64,000 nt of DNA from an uncultured Spirochaetota bacterium (GTDB lineage: Bacteria > Spirochaetota > Brevinematia > Brevinematales > JAOACQ01): NCBI GenBank assembly GCA_963783575.1, contig CAWAOD010000011.1, positions 128,001 through 192,000 on the forward strand. Direction: 5' to 3'. Shown here piece by piece: positions 51,314 to 60,869 of this stretch (position 1 is the first letter of the stretch; every line of letters begins with the position of its first letter). The position numbers and the translations under genes are program-made. The notes under the pieces were generated by a model. The model did not search any database. It was not told the origin of the DNA and was given only the letters and a program-made list of their open reading frames with translations.

Positions 51314-51967
51314 ATGGAAAATATTAAAATTCTCATAATCGGCGGCGATAAAAAGCATTATCATGAATTTTCAATAATAGGGCCTTTATTCAGCAGGATA
51401 TTATCCGGTAATGGTTTTGATGTCACTCTCACAGACGACTTTAATTATTTTCTGCCTGAAAATATTATGCCATATAAAGTTATATTATGCTTTTCACTTA
51501 AACCCTACCTGAATGCCAGACAGGCTGAAGGGCTTCTTGAGGCTGTAATCGGAAATCCATGGGGCAGAACAGGCGTTCCGAAGGGTTATCTCGGCGTTCA
51601 TGGAGCGTCTGCGAGCTTTATAAATAACAGGGATTATTTAAAAATGCTGGGCGGAAAGTTTCTTACCCATCCGCCAATGGGAGGCCCATACCGGATTCAT
51701 GTAAAAAATCCGGAGCACCCTGTATTGAAAGGAATCACGGATTTTGAGATAAACGATGAATTGTATTTGATGGATACCTACCCGCCGTTTGAAACGCTTT
51801 TGGAGACGGAGTACCTGGGTTTTTCAAGACCGCTTGCATGGGTAAAGCCTTACGGACTGGGCAGGGTCTGCTATCTAGCTCTTGGCCATGGCCCCGACCA
51901 GATGCGGAACCCTTTTTTTGGAAAATTTATAACTAACGCCTTACTCTGGTGCGCGAATATCAAGTAA
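51314..51967 (+). CDS. ThuA-domain protein
   Basis: GVHGA, GGKFLTHP, HPVLKGI, DELY, GRVCYLALGH. Confidence 0.85.
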   Translation: MENIKILIIGGDKKHYHEFSIIGPLFSRILSGNGFDVTLTDDFNYFLPENIMPYKVILCFSLKPYLNARQAEGLLEAVIGNPWGRTGVPKGYLGVHGASASFINNRDYLKMLGGKFLTHPPMGGPYRIHVKNPEHPVLKGITDFEINDELYLMDTYPPFETLLETEYLGFSRPLAWVKPYGLGRVCYLALGHGPDQMRNPFFGKFITNALLWCANIK

Positions 51968-51997
51968 GACCGGCAGATTTAAAAGATGAAATCTTTC

Positions 51998-52534
51998 CTA
52001 TTGGTCAGCCTGCCGGACTTTTATCAAATTGGAGAGATTAAATCCGTTGCTTACCGCCGAATCCAGGAGAAATTGGTATACAGAATCATCGAGTTGTGGT
52101 GTTCGGCTGAGAATCCATAGATAATCCTTAGTGGCACTGGTGACCATTGCATACTGATAATTTGTGCGATCGAGCTCAAAAACAATATAATCACTGCCAA
52201 ACCATAGAAAAAAGCTTACAAAAAGTTTTGAGGGGAGTTTCTGATCCTGTACCCTCGCGTTTCCGTGCGCACTTGAACGCTTTTCGCTTTTAATACCTTC
52301 ATTCAGAACGTCCACCTGCCCGTTATTCTTTAAAGTATATGTGGCAGTGACATAATTAAGTCCTTCTTCGAAAGATGTGGGCAGCCTTGCGATCTCGTAC
52401 CATTTTCCCATATACTTATTCACATCAAAATTATCTACCGGTTTAATATCCGCAGTACTTTTGTTTTCAGCCGGCAGTGCGGAGAACGCGCAAAAAACCA
52501 TTGAAAACAATAAAACAGATTTTTTTGTGAACAT
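51998..52534 (-). CDS. blc: Bacterial lipocalin
   Basis: FDVNKYMGKWYEIARL, TATYTL, YLWILSRTP. ATG at 52534 after AGGAG. Confidence 0.9.
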   Translation of the reverse strand: MFTKKSVLLFSMVFCAFSALPAENKSTADIKPVDNFDVNKYMGKWYEIARLPTSFEEGLNYVTATYTLKNNGQVDVLNEGIKSEKRSSAHGNARVQDQKLPSKLFVSFFLWFGSDYIVFELDRTNYQYAMVTSATKDYLWILSRTPQLDDSVYQFLLDSAVSNGFNLSNLIKVRQADQ

Positions 52535-52573
52535 ACATTCTCCTATGTAATTTGTCAAGTTTTATTTTAAGAT

Positions 52574-53573
52574 TCAAGCCTCAGATTTCAGATTCAACAA
52601 CTTATAATATACTTCCACAATAATTTTTCTCGCTACTGCAATGATCGCTTTTTGTTTTCCTCTTCTTGTTCGAATATTCTCATAAAACGATTTCATTTCT
52701 TTATCATATCTCACACGAACCCAGGCTGCTTGTACTATGACCCTTAAAAAAGCACCGTCTACTTTTCGTGTAATTTGACCATTTGTTCCTTTTCCGTCAC
52801 TTTCACTAACTCTTGGTGCTAATCCCATATATGATACAAATTTTTTTGAGGTACTAAAGCGGTCTATATTGCCTACCTTCGTTATGATGTATGCGCCGGT
52901 TGTTGTGCCTATTCCCGTTAATTCTTTAATCTCATTATATCCGGGTCTCTTTATGCTTAAGGCTTCTGTTTCTTTATCCAGTACCTTAATGTCTTCTTTG
53001 AGATTTTCTAACATAACATACATCTGGATTACGGCTCTCTTTATACTCTCAGGTATGTTTTGTTCTTTGACCCAGTTTGTGTTCTTTTCAAAATTGTTGA
53101 ACATTTTGTCTCCGGTTTTAATCCCCCAATACTCCATCATCGCTATTATCTTTGTCTTATAGCTTTTCTTATTGCTAACCATTTCTTCCCTCACAGATAA
53201 TAATCCTCTTATTTCAGCGTCTTCGTCGCTTCTTATCTGACAGGTACTTAGCTCTTCTTTTTCAAATCTTTGTAATATAATCGCCATTCTTTCTGCATCT
53301 TCCTTGTCTGTTTTCCATTAATCTTTTTAAATCAATAGTATTGAAAATAACCGCATCTTTTGCTTTATCTTTTAACCGTTTGATTAAATCCCATGTCCAG
53401 TTTGTCGATTCAATCCCGATTATCGTTTCTTTGTCAATCTCTTTCTCAAATTCCGCTAATTCTTTTTCATTTCTCTCATATTGCTTGATTGATTTTTTAC
53501 CGTTTTCTATAATAATGCAAACGGTAATTTGCTTTTTGTGGATATCAATTCCGATCCACTTTTTTGCGTCCAT
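52574..53573 (-). pseudogene. IS110-family DEDD recombinase, frameshifted near 53315
   Basis: IGIDIHK, IGIES, KTDKEDA (DEDD); GIG, RFSTSKKFVSYMGLAPRVSESDG (Tnp serine), KAIIAVARK. Small deletion just before KTD. Confidence 0.88.
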
Positions 53574-53629
53574 CGTTTTCCTCCCTAATTTATTTGGGAG
53601 GCCTGAATCTTTTAGTGGTATATTAATCC

Positions 53630-53794
53630 GGTTGAAAAATTACCATACTCCAATACGAGGTTTATCCTCAAAATGGTGGTTCGGACAAGGATTCGATCAT
53701 ACTCCTAACGGGGTTTATCCCCACAAATTGATTCGATCTTTGTCCTATTCAGAGTCCTCATCTATTTTGATGCGGGCTCTTTTATTTTTCAACC
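53630..53794 (-). ncRNA. Predicted IS110 bridge-RNA-like structured RNA (~165 nt)
   Basis: Starts ~7 nt after the -10. Closed by a perfect 11-bp stem (GGTTGAAAAAT / ATTTTTCAACC); contains a 5' hairpin and two related loop domains, each with a GGAG segment. Confidence 0.6.
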
Positions 53795-53814
53795 TTTTTT
53801 ATCATACCACCTCC

Positions 53815-53985
53815 TTATGCTTTTTCAGGGAACCACGGGAAAAATAGCGGTTTACTTTTTTTGTATTCCTCGAAATCTGCCCTTCCGGCGTATTTCTTTT
53901 CCAGAAGCGGTACACCGGATACAAACAACAGGAGAAATGTTATGGTTAAAGGGCTTATAATTGATATCCATCCATATCGGGAAGA
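53815..53985 (-). pseudogene. 3' remnant of a DUF1295 (steroid 5-alpha-reductase-like) membrane protein
   Basis: [27 protein letters not shown]...FEEYKK...FFPWFP is the characteristic C-terminus; the 5' part is absent. Confidence 0.7.
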
Positions 53986-54151
53986 AGCACATAAAATAAG
54001 TATAGACATATTCTTAAGATTCGTCAACAGAAAAAATTATTCCGGAAATAACTTTTCGCCATGAATGAGTAATAAAAGGCCGTCAAATTTCATTTTGACT
54101 TTTCCTATGATCAGGATTATAATTTTCATGGATATAAAGGAGGGCATTTAT

Positions 54152-55822
54152 ATGCCGAAAGTTCTGATTGTTGGCGGCGTTGCGGGAGGTATGTCCGCGG
54201 CCGCAAGGCTTAGAAGGCTGGATGAAGAAGCGGAGATAATTGTATTCGAGAAAGGCGAATATATTTCTTACGCAAATTGCGGACTGCCCTATTACATCGG
54301 CGGTGTGATCAGGGATAGGGAAAAACTTCTGGTACAGACTATCAATTCATTCAAAAAAAGATTCCGGGTGGATATCAGGATCCTAAGTGAAGTGAAGAAA
54401 ATTGGCAGGGTTAATAAAACGCTTTCGGTTAAAAACCTTATTACCGGTGAGGAATATTCTGAAATCTATGATAAATTGATTCTATCCCCGGGCGCTGAGC
54501 CTTTTATACCCAGGCTTCCCGGGATTGACAATCCGAAGATTTTTACGCTGCGGAGCATTGCAGATACCGATAAAATAAAAGCATTTATAGATACTCAGAA
54601 ACCCAAAAGGGCATTAATAATCGGTGCGGGATTCATCGGTCTGGAAATGGCCGAAAATCTGTTCAACAGGGGAATTTTCGTAACAATTGTCGAAATGGCG
54701 GAACAGGTTATGAATGCGATAGATTTTGAAATGGCTTCAATCGTACATCAGCATTTAAGAGCAAAAAAGATAGAGTTTTACCTTAGTGATGCCGTTAAAA
54801 GCTTCGAGGATTTGGGATCTAAGATTAAAACAATTTTGACCGGCGGAAAAGAAATCGTTTCGGAAATGGTGATTTTATCAATAGGAGTCAAACCGGACAT
54901 AAAGCTTGCAAAAGAAGCCGGAATCAAGATTGGAGATAAAAACGGAATAGCTGTGAACGATTATTTGCAGACATCGGACGAGAATATTTACGCAGTCGGC
55001 GATGCCGTTGAGACAATAAACCTGGTAACCGGGAAACCGGGAATATTTCCTCTTGCCGGTCCTGCGAACAAACAGGGAAGAATTGCTGCGGACAATATCA
55101 TCAAAGGGAATAAACACAAATATAGGGGCACAATGGGAACGGCAATTGCCAAAGTTTTCGATCTCGCAGTAGGAGTTACCGGAGCGGCGGAGAAAATGCT
55201 GAAATCAGAGAATATTCCTTATCAGGCACTCATAATTCACCCTTCGTCGCATGCTTCTTATTATCCCGGAAACCTTCAGTTCAGCCTTAAGCTTGTATTC
55301 TCACCCGAAGATGGAAGGCTTTTCGGCGCCCAGGCCGTCGGTTTTGAGGGGGTTGACAAAAGAATAGACGTGATCTCCACGGCTATAATGAATCACAATA
55401 CTATTTATGATCTTGAGGAAATAGAACATTCATATGCTCCGCCTTATTCCTCGGCAAAAGACCCAGTTAATATGGCCGGGTTTGCGGCTGAAAATGCCCT
55501 GACCGGTAAAGTTAAAATCATATATTGGAACCAGATTGACGGTCTTAATCGGAGTGAATATTTTATTCTCGATGTACGAACGCCTGAAGAATACAGGATG
55601 GGAACAATAAAGGACGCGGTGAATATCCCGGTCGAATCGCTTCGAGAAAGGATTAAAGAGTTACCTAAAGATAAAAATATCGCAGTTTTCTGCAGGGTCG
55701 GCCAGCGCGGTTATATTGCGGCCAGAATACTTACCCAGAAAGGGTTTGAAGATGTCTATAATCTTACCGGAGGATATTTAACCTATTCGATGGCTCATCA
55801 GAAACAGGATAACCCTGTCTAG
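54152..55822 (+). CDS. cdr: CoA-disulfide reductase with C-terminal rhodanese domain (CoADR-RHD / persulfide reductase)
   Basis: GGVAGG, SYANCGLPY, GAGFIG, YAVGD, YAPPYSSAKDPVN, LDVRTPEE, FCRVGQRG. Confidence 0.92.
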   Translation: MPKVLIVGGVAGGMSAAARLRRLDEEAEIIVFEKGEYISYANCGLPYYIGGVIRDREKLLVQTINSFKKRFRVDIRILSEVKKIGRVNKTLSVKNLITGEEYSEIYDKLILSPGAEPFIPRLPGIDNPKIFTLRSIADTDKIKAFIDTQKPKRALIIGAGFIGLEMAENLFNRGIFVTIVEMAEQVMNAIDFEMASIVHQHLRAKKIEFYLSDAVKSFEDLGSKIKTILTGGKEIVSEMVILSIGVKPDIKLAKEAGIKIGDKNGIAVNDYLQTSDENIYAVGDAVETINLVTGKPGIFPLAGPANKQGRIAADNIIKGNKHKYRGTMGTAIAKVFDLAVGVTGAAEKMLKSENIPYQALIIHPSSHASYYPGNLQFSLKLVFSPEDGRLFGAQAVGFEGVDKRIDVISTAIMNHNTIYDLEEIEHSYAPPYSSAKDPVNMAGFAAENALTGKVKIIYWNQIDGLNRSEYFILDVRTPEEYRMGTIKDAVNIPVESLRERIKELPKDKNIAVFCRVGQRGYIAARILTQKGFEDVYNLTGGYLTYSMAHQKQDNPV

Positions 55823-55884
55823 ATGAAGAAAGATTCTCTTGAATCGATAGCTAAAAACAGTGCAAGAATGACTGAAGGACTGCA

Positions 55885-56967
55885 ATGACAAAAAAAGAAA
55901 TAGCACATCTGCGTTTGATAAATCATCATATTGCCGCTAATAGTTTCGATCGTCCCGTAGAAGTAGTTCAATGGATGGGCGCCATTCAGGCTCAATTTTA
56001 CCGGCAGGCATTATGGGCGGTCGGCCTGCGCATGAAATCCGCACGCATTGCCGATATAGAACAAGCAATAGCCGGCAGAGAAATTGTCCAGACCTGGCCG
56101 ATGCGCGGTACACTTCATTTTGTGCCGGCAGAGAATGTGAAATGGATGCTGTCACTTTTGTCCCCCAGGAGGCTGGCAGCGGATAAAACACGTCAGAAAC
56201 AGCTGGAAATCAGCGACAAAATCCTTGAACAAAGCAGGTATTTATTTCAAAAAGCATTAACAGGCGGAAAACGGGTTACTCGCTCCGGTATGATGAAACT
56301 GCTGGAGGTTGGGGGGATCAACCCTAAAGGACAGCGTGGATATCACATCCTCTGGAACTTTGCCCTTGAAGGCCTCATTTGTTTCGGCCCGATGCAGGAT
56401 AAGGAGCAGACCTTCGTGCTTTTAGACGAATGGGTGCCGTTCTCCCGGACGCTTTTCCGGGATGAAGCATTGGCCGAGCTGGCCGGAATATATTTTAAAG
56501 GTCATGGGCCTGCGACCGTCTATGATTTTGCGAACTGGACAGGGCTAACGCTTACAGATGCCCGGGCCGGTCTGGAATCTGTAAAACTTAATCTGGTTTC
56601 AGAAAAGAATAATGAAATAGAATTTTGGCAATCTAAAAACACATCCGGTAAGGCAGCCGATACAACCGTCACATACATGCTTCCCGGTTTTGACGAATAC
56701 TTGATCGGCTACAAAAACCGGAGTGATGTTCTGGCTAAAGAAAATGCCTTCAAAGTTGCCCCTGGCGGTAACGGTATGTTCCTGCCAATGATTGTTGTCG
56801 ACGGTCAGGTAGTCGGAACATGGAAAAGTACAATTAGAAAAAACTCCGTCGAAATTCTCCTAAATCCCTTCCCTGGAATTAATATTTCAAAAGAAAGTAT
56901 AACCGGTTCTACCAAAAGATTCTGTGATTTTTTTGGTTTAGCGCTGAAATCAATTGCGGTAAATTAG
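55885..56967 (+). CDS. AlkZ-like (HTH_42) DNA glycosylase
   Basis: AIQAQ (QxQ), TWPMRGTLH, HGPAT..DFANWTGL, LPGFDEYLIGY, VDGQVVGTW. Confidence 0.88.
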   Translation: MTKKEIAHLRLINHHIAANSFDRPVEVVQWMGAIQAQFYRQALWAVGLRMKSARIADIEQAIAGREIVQTWPMRGTLHFVPAENVKWMLSLLSPRRLAADKTRQKQLEISDKILEQSRYLFQKALTGGKRVTRSGMMKLLEVGGINPKGQRGYHILWNFALEGLICFGPMQDKEQTFVLLDEWVPFSRTLFRDEALAELAGIYFKGHGPATVYDFANWTGLTLTDARAGLESVKLNLVSEKNNEIEFWQSKNTSGKAADTTVTYMLPGFDEYLIGYKNRSDVLAKENAFKVAPGGNGMFLPMIVVDGQVVGTWKSTIRKNSVEILLNPFPGINISKESITGSTKRFCDFFGLALKSIAVN

Positions 56968-57043
56968 AGCTCTCGAGAAAAACCTTTGTTAAAATGATGC
57001 TCATATTAAAATAATTTGGATGAAATAAATGAGACAGGGCTTT

Positions 57044-58207
57044 CTATCTTCCACCCTTTTTGATGGCGTCAAGAGAATCAATCGTTTCCTTATCTTCAAT
57101 GATTGTTTCAATCCATCTTTTATCATCATTGATCAGATCGATCTGGATCGGGTATTTTAATAAATCACCCCTTGAGTTGTAATAGATCGCGACTAAAGGC
57201 TTCAGTGCTTCCAATTTAGAAAGCTTGTTCACTTCTGCCTTTTCACCTGTGTTTAAAAGAACATATTGTCCTTCTGAAAAGATGGTTTTTTCAATTAAAT
57301 ATTCAGGCATTTTGTTTATGAATTCTATTGCGAACCTGGGATTAAATTTTACTGCCATATTTTTACGGATCAGTAAAAATGCCCTCCAGAAAGCAATTTT
57401 GTCGCGATAGCTTTTACTGGTCGTAACCGCTTCATAAAAATCGCAGATCGAGAAGATTTGAGACATATCATCAATTTTATCGACGGTAACGCCCAGAGGA
57501 TAGCCGCTTCCGTCGTAGCATTCATGGTGCATTAATGCGATATTCATTATCTGATCCTCAAAGTGGGACTGACCTTTCAGGATATTATAACTGTAAACGG
57601 GATGCTTTTTAATTATCTCAAGTTCCTCTTTTGTAAGCGGTTCCTTTTTTATTAATATCTCTGCAGGTACCATGATTTTCCCGATGTCATGAAGAAGGGC
57701 ACCGATACCCAACACCCTTATCTTGTCTCTTTTCCATCCAATTAATTTACTATATAGCACGGCGATCATGGCGGAATTCACCGAATGGACATACGTCTGT
57801 TCGTCGTAATCCTTTATTTCTATAATGTTTAGAAGGGTACCGCTTTCTGCATCAGAAACTTTTTCGATGAATTTTTCAACAGTCTCCTCAATATCCTTCT
57901 CCGGCAAAGGCGTTTTTTTAATGATAGCGTAACCGATCTGTTCTGATACCGAAAATGCTTTTTCAAGAACCTCTGACGGCATCATCGGATTCTTTTCATA
58001 ACCTGATACTATCAGCGGCTTCTTATAAAAGACTTTTTTTATATTTCGTGAAATCAGGCTATTTATGATTTCCTGCGCAATAGGTTGGTTAGCCGGGTAA
58101 ATCATAATTCCCTGTTCGGTAAACAGGTCACCCTTCAATATCATGCCAGGATACATGCAGTTTACATATAAATCGATTCTGGAAAATTTTTCCTCTTTTT
58201 CATTCAT
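57044..58207 (-). CDS. HD-GYP domain cyclic dinucleotide phosphodiesterase
   Basis: TYVHSVN, LLHDIGK, HHECYDGSGYP. Confidence 0.92.
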   Translation of the reverse strand: MNEKEEKFSRIDLYVNCMYPGMILKGDLFTEQGIMIYPANQPIAQEIINSLISRNIKKVFYKKPLIVSGYEKNPMMPSEVLEKAFSVSEQIGYAIIKKTPLPEKDIEETVEKFIEKVSDAESGTLLNIIEIKDYDEQTYVHSVNSAMIAVLYSKLIGWKRDKIRVLGIGALLHDIGKIMVPAEILIKKEPLTKEELEIIKKHPVYSYNILKGQSHFEDQIMNIALMHHECYDGSGYPLGVTVDKIDDMSQIFSICDFYEAVTTSKSYRDKIAFWRAFLLIRKNMAVKFNPRFAIEFINKMPEYLIEKTIFSEGQYVLLNTGEKAEVNKLSKLEALKPLVAIYYNSRGDLLKYPIQIDLINDDKRWIETIIEDKETIDSLDAIKKGGR

Positions 58208-58820
58208 ATTAAATTCCTATATTGTTATTGAATGGAAAAATAATTAAAAACAGCCTGATTAATATAATCAATATAATATTTTAACATTGAACAATAAAAT
58301 ATGTGAAATTTTTTAATAAAATAAATATTATACTGATCCACTGAATTTTAAAGATATAATTGTTGTGGTTAACAATAAATTTTTTTAAATTCAACATTAA
58401 AAGAGAATTATTGATAATTCAGATTATTTTTTATTGTCAGATACAATCAGCTTCATAACTGATTCCGGACCGGATTAGTTTTTTTTCTTCATCATCACTA
58501 ATTGGAGGATAAATATTTCATCGCTGTCTCTGCTACCGGGTCACCTGGTATAATTACTAATAAAATATTTTGAAAAAAACTTATATCTTGTTATAATATT
58601 GCTAAAATAATATGGAGAATTAATGCTATAACAATCCGAATATTTGATAAACTTTTTAACATATGAAACTGAAATAAGAAATAAAATTGCATGGTATTTA
58701 ATTGAAACAAAATATAAAAGTAACGAAGCAATTGTGTCCTTGCGGCAACTGAAAGAAATTTAAATACTGTTGAATTGATAAATAATAGAATAAAACTAAA
58801 ATTTCTAAAGGAGATGTTTT

Positions 58821-59069
58821 ATGAGTTCAGAGGAAGAATTAAAAGCCAAGATTGCGGCATTAGAAGCAGAGAATGCGGCATTAAAAAATAAAGGGCCTCG
58901 CTCTATTACCCTTAAAGTAAGTGAAAAAGGGGGTGTTTCACTTTATGGGATTGGAAGATTTCCAGTTACCCTTTATAAAGAGCAGTGGATTAAGGTGCTT
59001 GATTATGGCGACAATATTCGCCATTTCATCCAGGAGAATGATTCCCTATTGAAGAAAAAAGAAAGCTAG
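58821..59069 (+). CDS. Small conserved hypothetical protein (N-terminal coiled coil)
   Basis: Strong SD AAGGAG. ELKAKIAALEAENAALK, then LKVSEKGGVSLYGIGRFPVTLYKEQW. Confidence 0.75.
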   Translation: MSSEEELKAKIAALEAENAALKNKGPRSITLKVSEKGGVSLYGIGRFPVTLYKEQWIKVLDYGDNIRHFIQENDSLLKKKES

Positions 59070-59422
59070 ATTTAAAATGAAAGTTTGATTTATAATTATA
59101 GAGTAATATTTAATTATGTCCTTATCGCCTTTTAGTAACAAACCTTTCCTTGCCGCGGTTTATCTTGTTCTGGTTTCTGCTCATCCAGTCGCTGGACATA
59201 AACAGCCTTTTATCAGGATTATTATTCTTCGTAAAAAGTAACTTAATTATAAAATCAAATGTCATTTATAGACCGCCTTCCTAATATGTAACCGATTATT
59301 ATATCATACTTGCAAGTTAAATCATAATTTTGGAGGGTAGAGAAGTAGAAATTTCTTTGAATCATTTGACTTTCCCACAATTTCATTAGTAAATTACATC
59401 AACCTTTTCACCAGGAGATTAT

Positions 59423-59629
59423 ATGGATTCTCGTTATCTTGAATATAATGGCAAGTTGTACCAGGTGCAAACTAATAAAATATCAAATGGCTATGTAACT
59501 GAAATTCTTGATAATGACATTATTGTCACTTCCATCAATTCAAAATCCCAAGCGACCGATGAACTTATTAAACAAAAGCTTGATGCTAAATTTAAAGATA
59601 TTAAGGTCAATGAAGTGGTGGGGGATTAA
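59423..59629 (+). CDS. Hypothetical protein
   Basis: 68-aa ORF with AGGAG SD. Confidence 0.5.
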   Translation: MDSRYLEYNGKLYQVQTNKISNGYVTEILDNDIIVTSINSKSQATDELIKQKLDAKFKDIKVNEVVGD

Positions 59630-60028
59630 TTAATTGAATTGGTGGATGTATTGCCCCTGTTAAATTAGTTTGTATAGAAGTAAAAGTTTTATCCTTTAGC
59701 TCCTCTTCCCGATAAATACTGATTCCAGCGGTTGATTACATCCATGGTCTTGTTCAACAAGTTTCCTAGGTGAAATTTTTTAATGAATAATCCGGCTTTA
59801 TTCCCATACTTTTTTGGAAAAACGCCTTTCCGGTATGATATTCCTCTCGTCTTCTAACTCAATATTAAAAGACATTTGGTTACATTTCCTTTTGTCCGTA
59901 ATTTACTTTGGGAATTTAACTGGACAGGATACAGGTAGATCTTTCTGTGCCGGGATATGCCCTTTATCCGGCCTTGGAGAGATACTGATTTCGTTAAATC
60001 TTTTATACAATCCTGAGGTTTTAAAAAA

Positions 60029-60337
60029 ATGAGCCCTTTTTATATGACGGATCATGGAATATCTGTAAGTAATATTTATGCATATATAATATATTATTTC
60101 ATAGTTTTTCTAACGATAATACTTTCATTGACTGCAGGTAAAAAGTCCTTCTGCCATAATTGTACCAGGAACTGCCCGATGAGCCTTGAAGTTGAACAGA
60201 TGGTGAAAGACGGTTCAATGAATAACAGCGAATGTATCCTTTGCGGTGAATGTGTTGATAGCTGCAAGAGTAAGGCTGTCCAATACGGTTTTGGCAATCC
60301 TAATTTCGGAACAATTCAATATAGGAAACATTTATGA
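60029..60337 (+). pseudogene. Remnant of a membrane 4Fe-4S (NapH/polyferredoxin-like) protein
   Basis: One TM, GKKSFCH fused directly to CTRNCPM and CILCGECVDSC, implying an internal deletion. Confidence 0.6.
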
Positions 60338-60869
60338 ATTATTACAAAATACAATTATTATCAATTGTCCTTTTTGTTGCATTGTTAACAGGATGTTGTA
60401 TGGGCTTCCCGACTTGCTCGGAATTCCCCTAGGAAAGTCAGACCTCCTCTCTGGCAAGCCATTAGCGGCTATGATAGGATGCTCATCGTCTGATTCAAAG
60501 TCGAACATCATTAGTGCAGATTCAATAACCCCGGCGGATACGAGCACTTCTTTCTTCGAGTTTATGAGCTTTGTTTGGGTTGTGACGCTTATGCCGATTT
60601 GATCAACAGGAACACTTATATAGGTGATATGAAAATCATAACTATTATAACGGAACCTATAGCCGTTAACTGTATTCTGCGGTTAACAGAGATTACCGGG
60701 TAGAATATTTGGTGGTTCTTCGTTTTTCTCGTCTTTTTTTGTGTTTTTGCACATTGCTGATTATAATTTTTCCTGAGAAGCTTTGTCACTGGGAAGAATT
60801 GCATGGTATTCGGGAGATTTATGGCGATAGCCCGGATAGACTATCACTTCTGTAATAGGAGATCCTCGA

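Larger units (their letters stand above)
52540..53810 (-). mobile_element. IS110-family element inserted in the blc Shine-Dalgarno
   Basis: No terminal inverted repeats. AGGAG present at both junctions (plus-strand CTCCT at 52540-52544 and 53811-53815). Removal rejoins the upstream stop codon to the blc SD and ATG. TTGACA lies at one end and TATGAT at the other. Confidence 0.82.

Noticed and set aside
53341..53847. 168-aa plus-strand ORF across the IS110 5' end
   Set aside because: Antisense to the recombinase and its non-coding end, crosses the element boundary, and has no recognisable domain.
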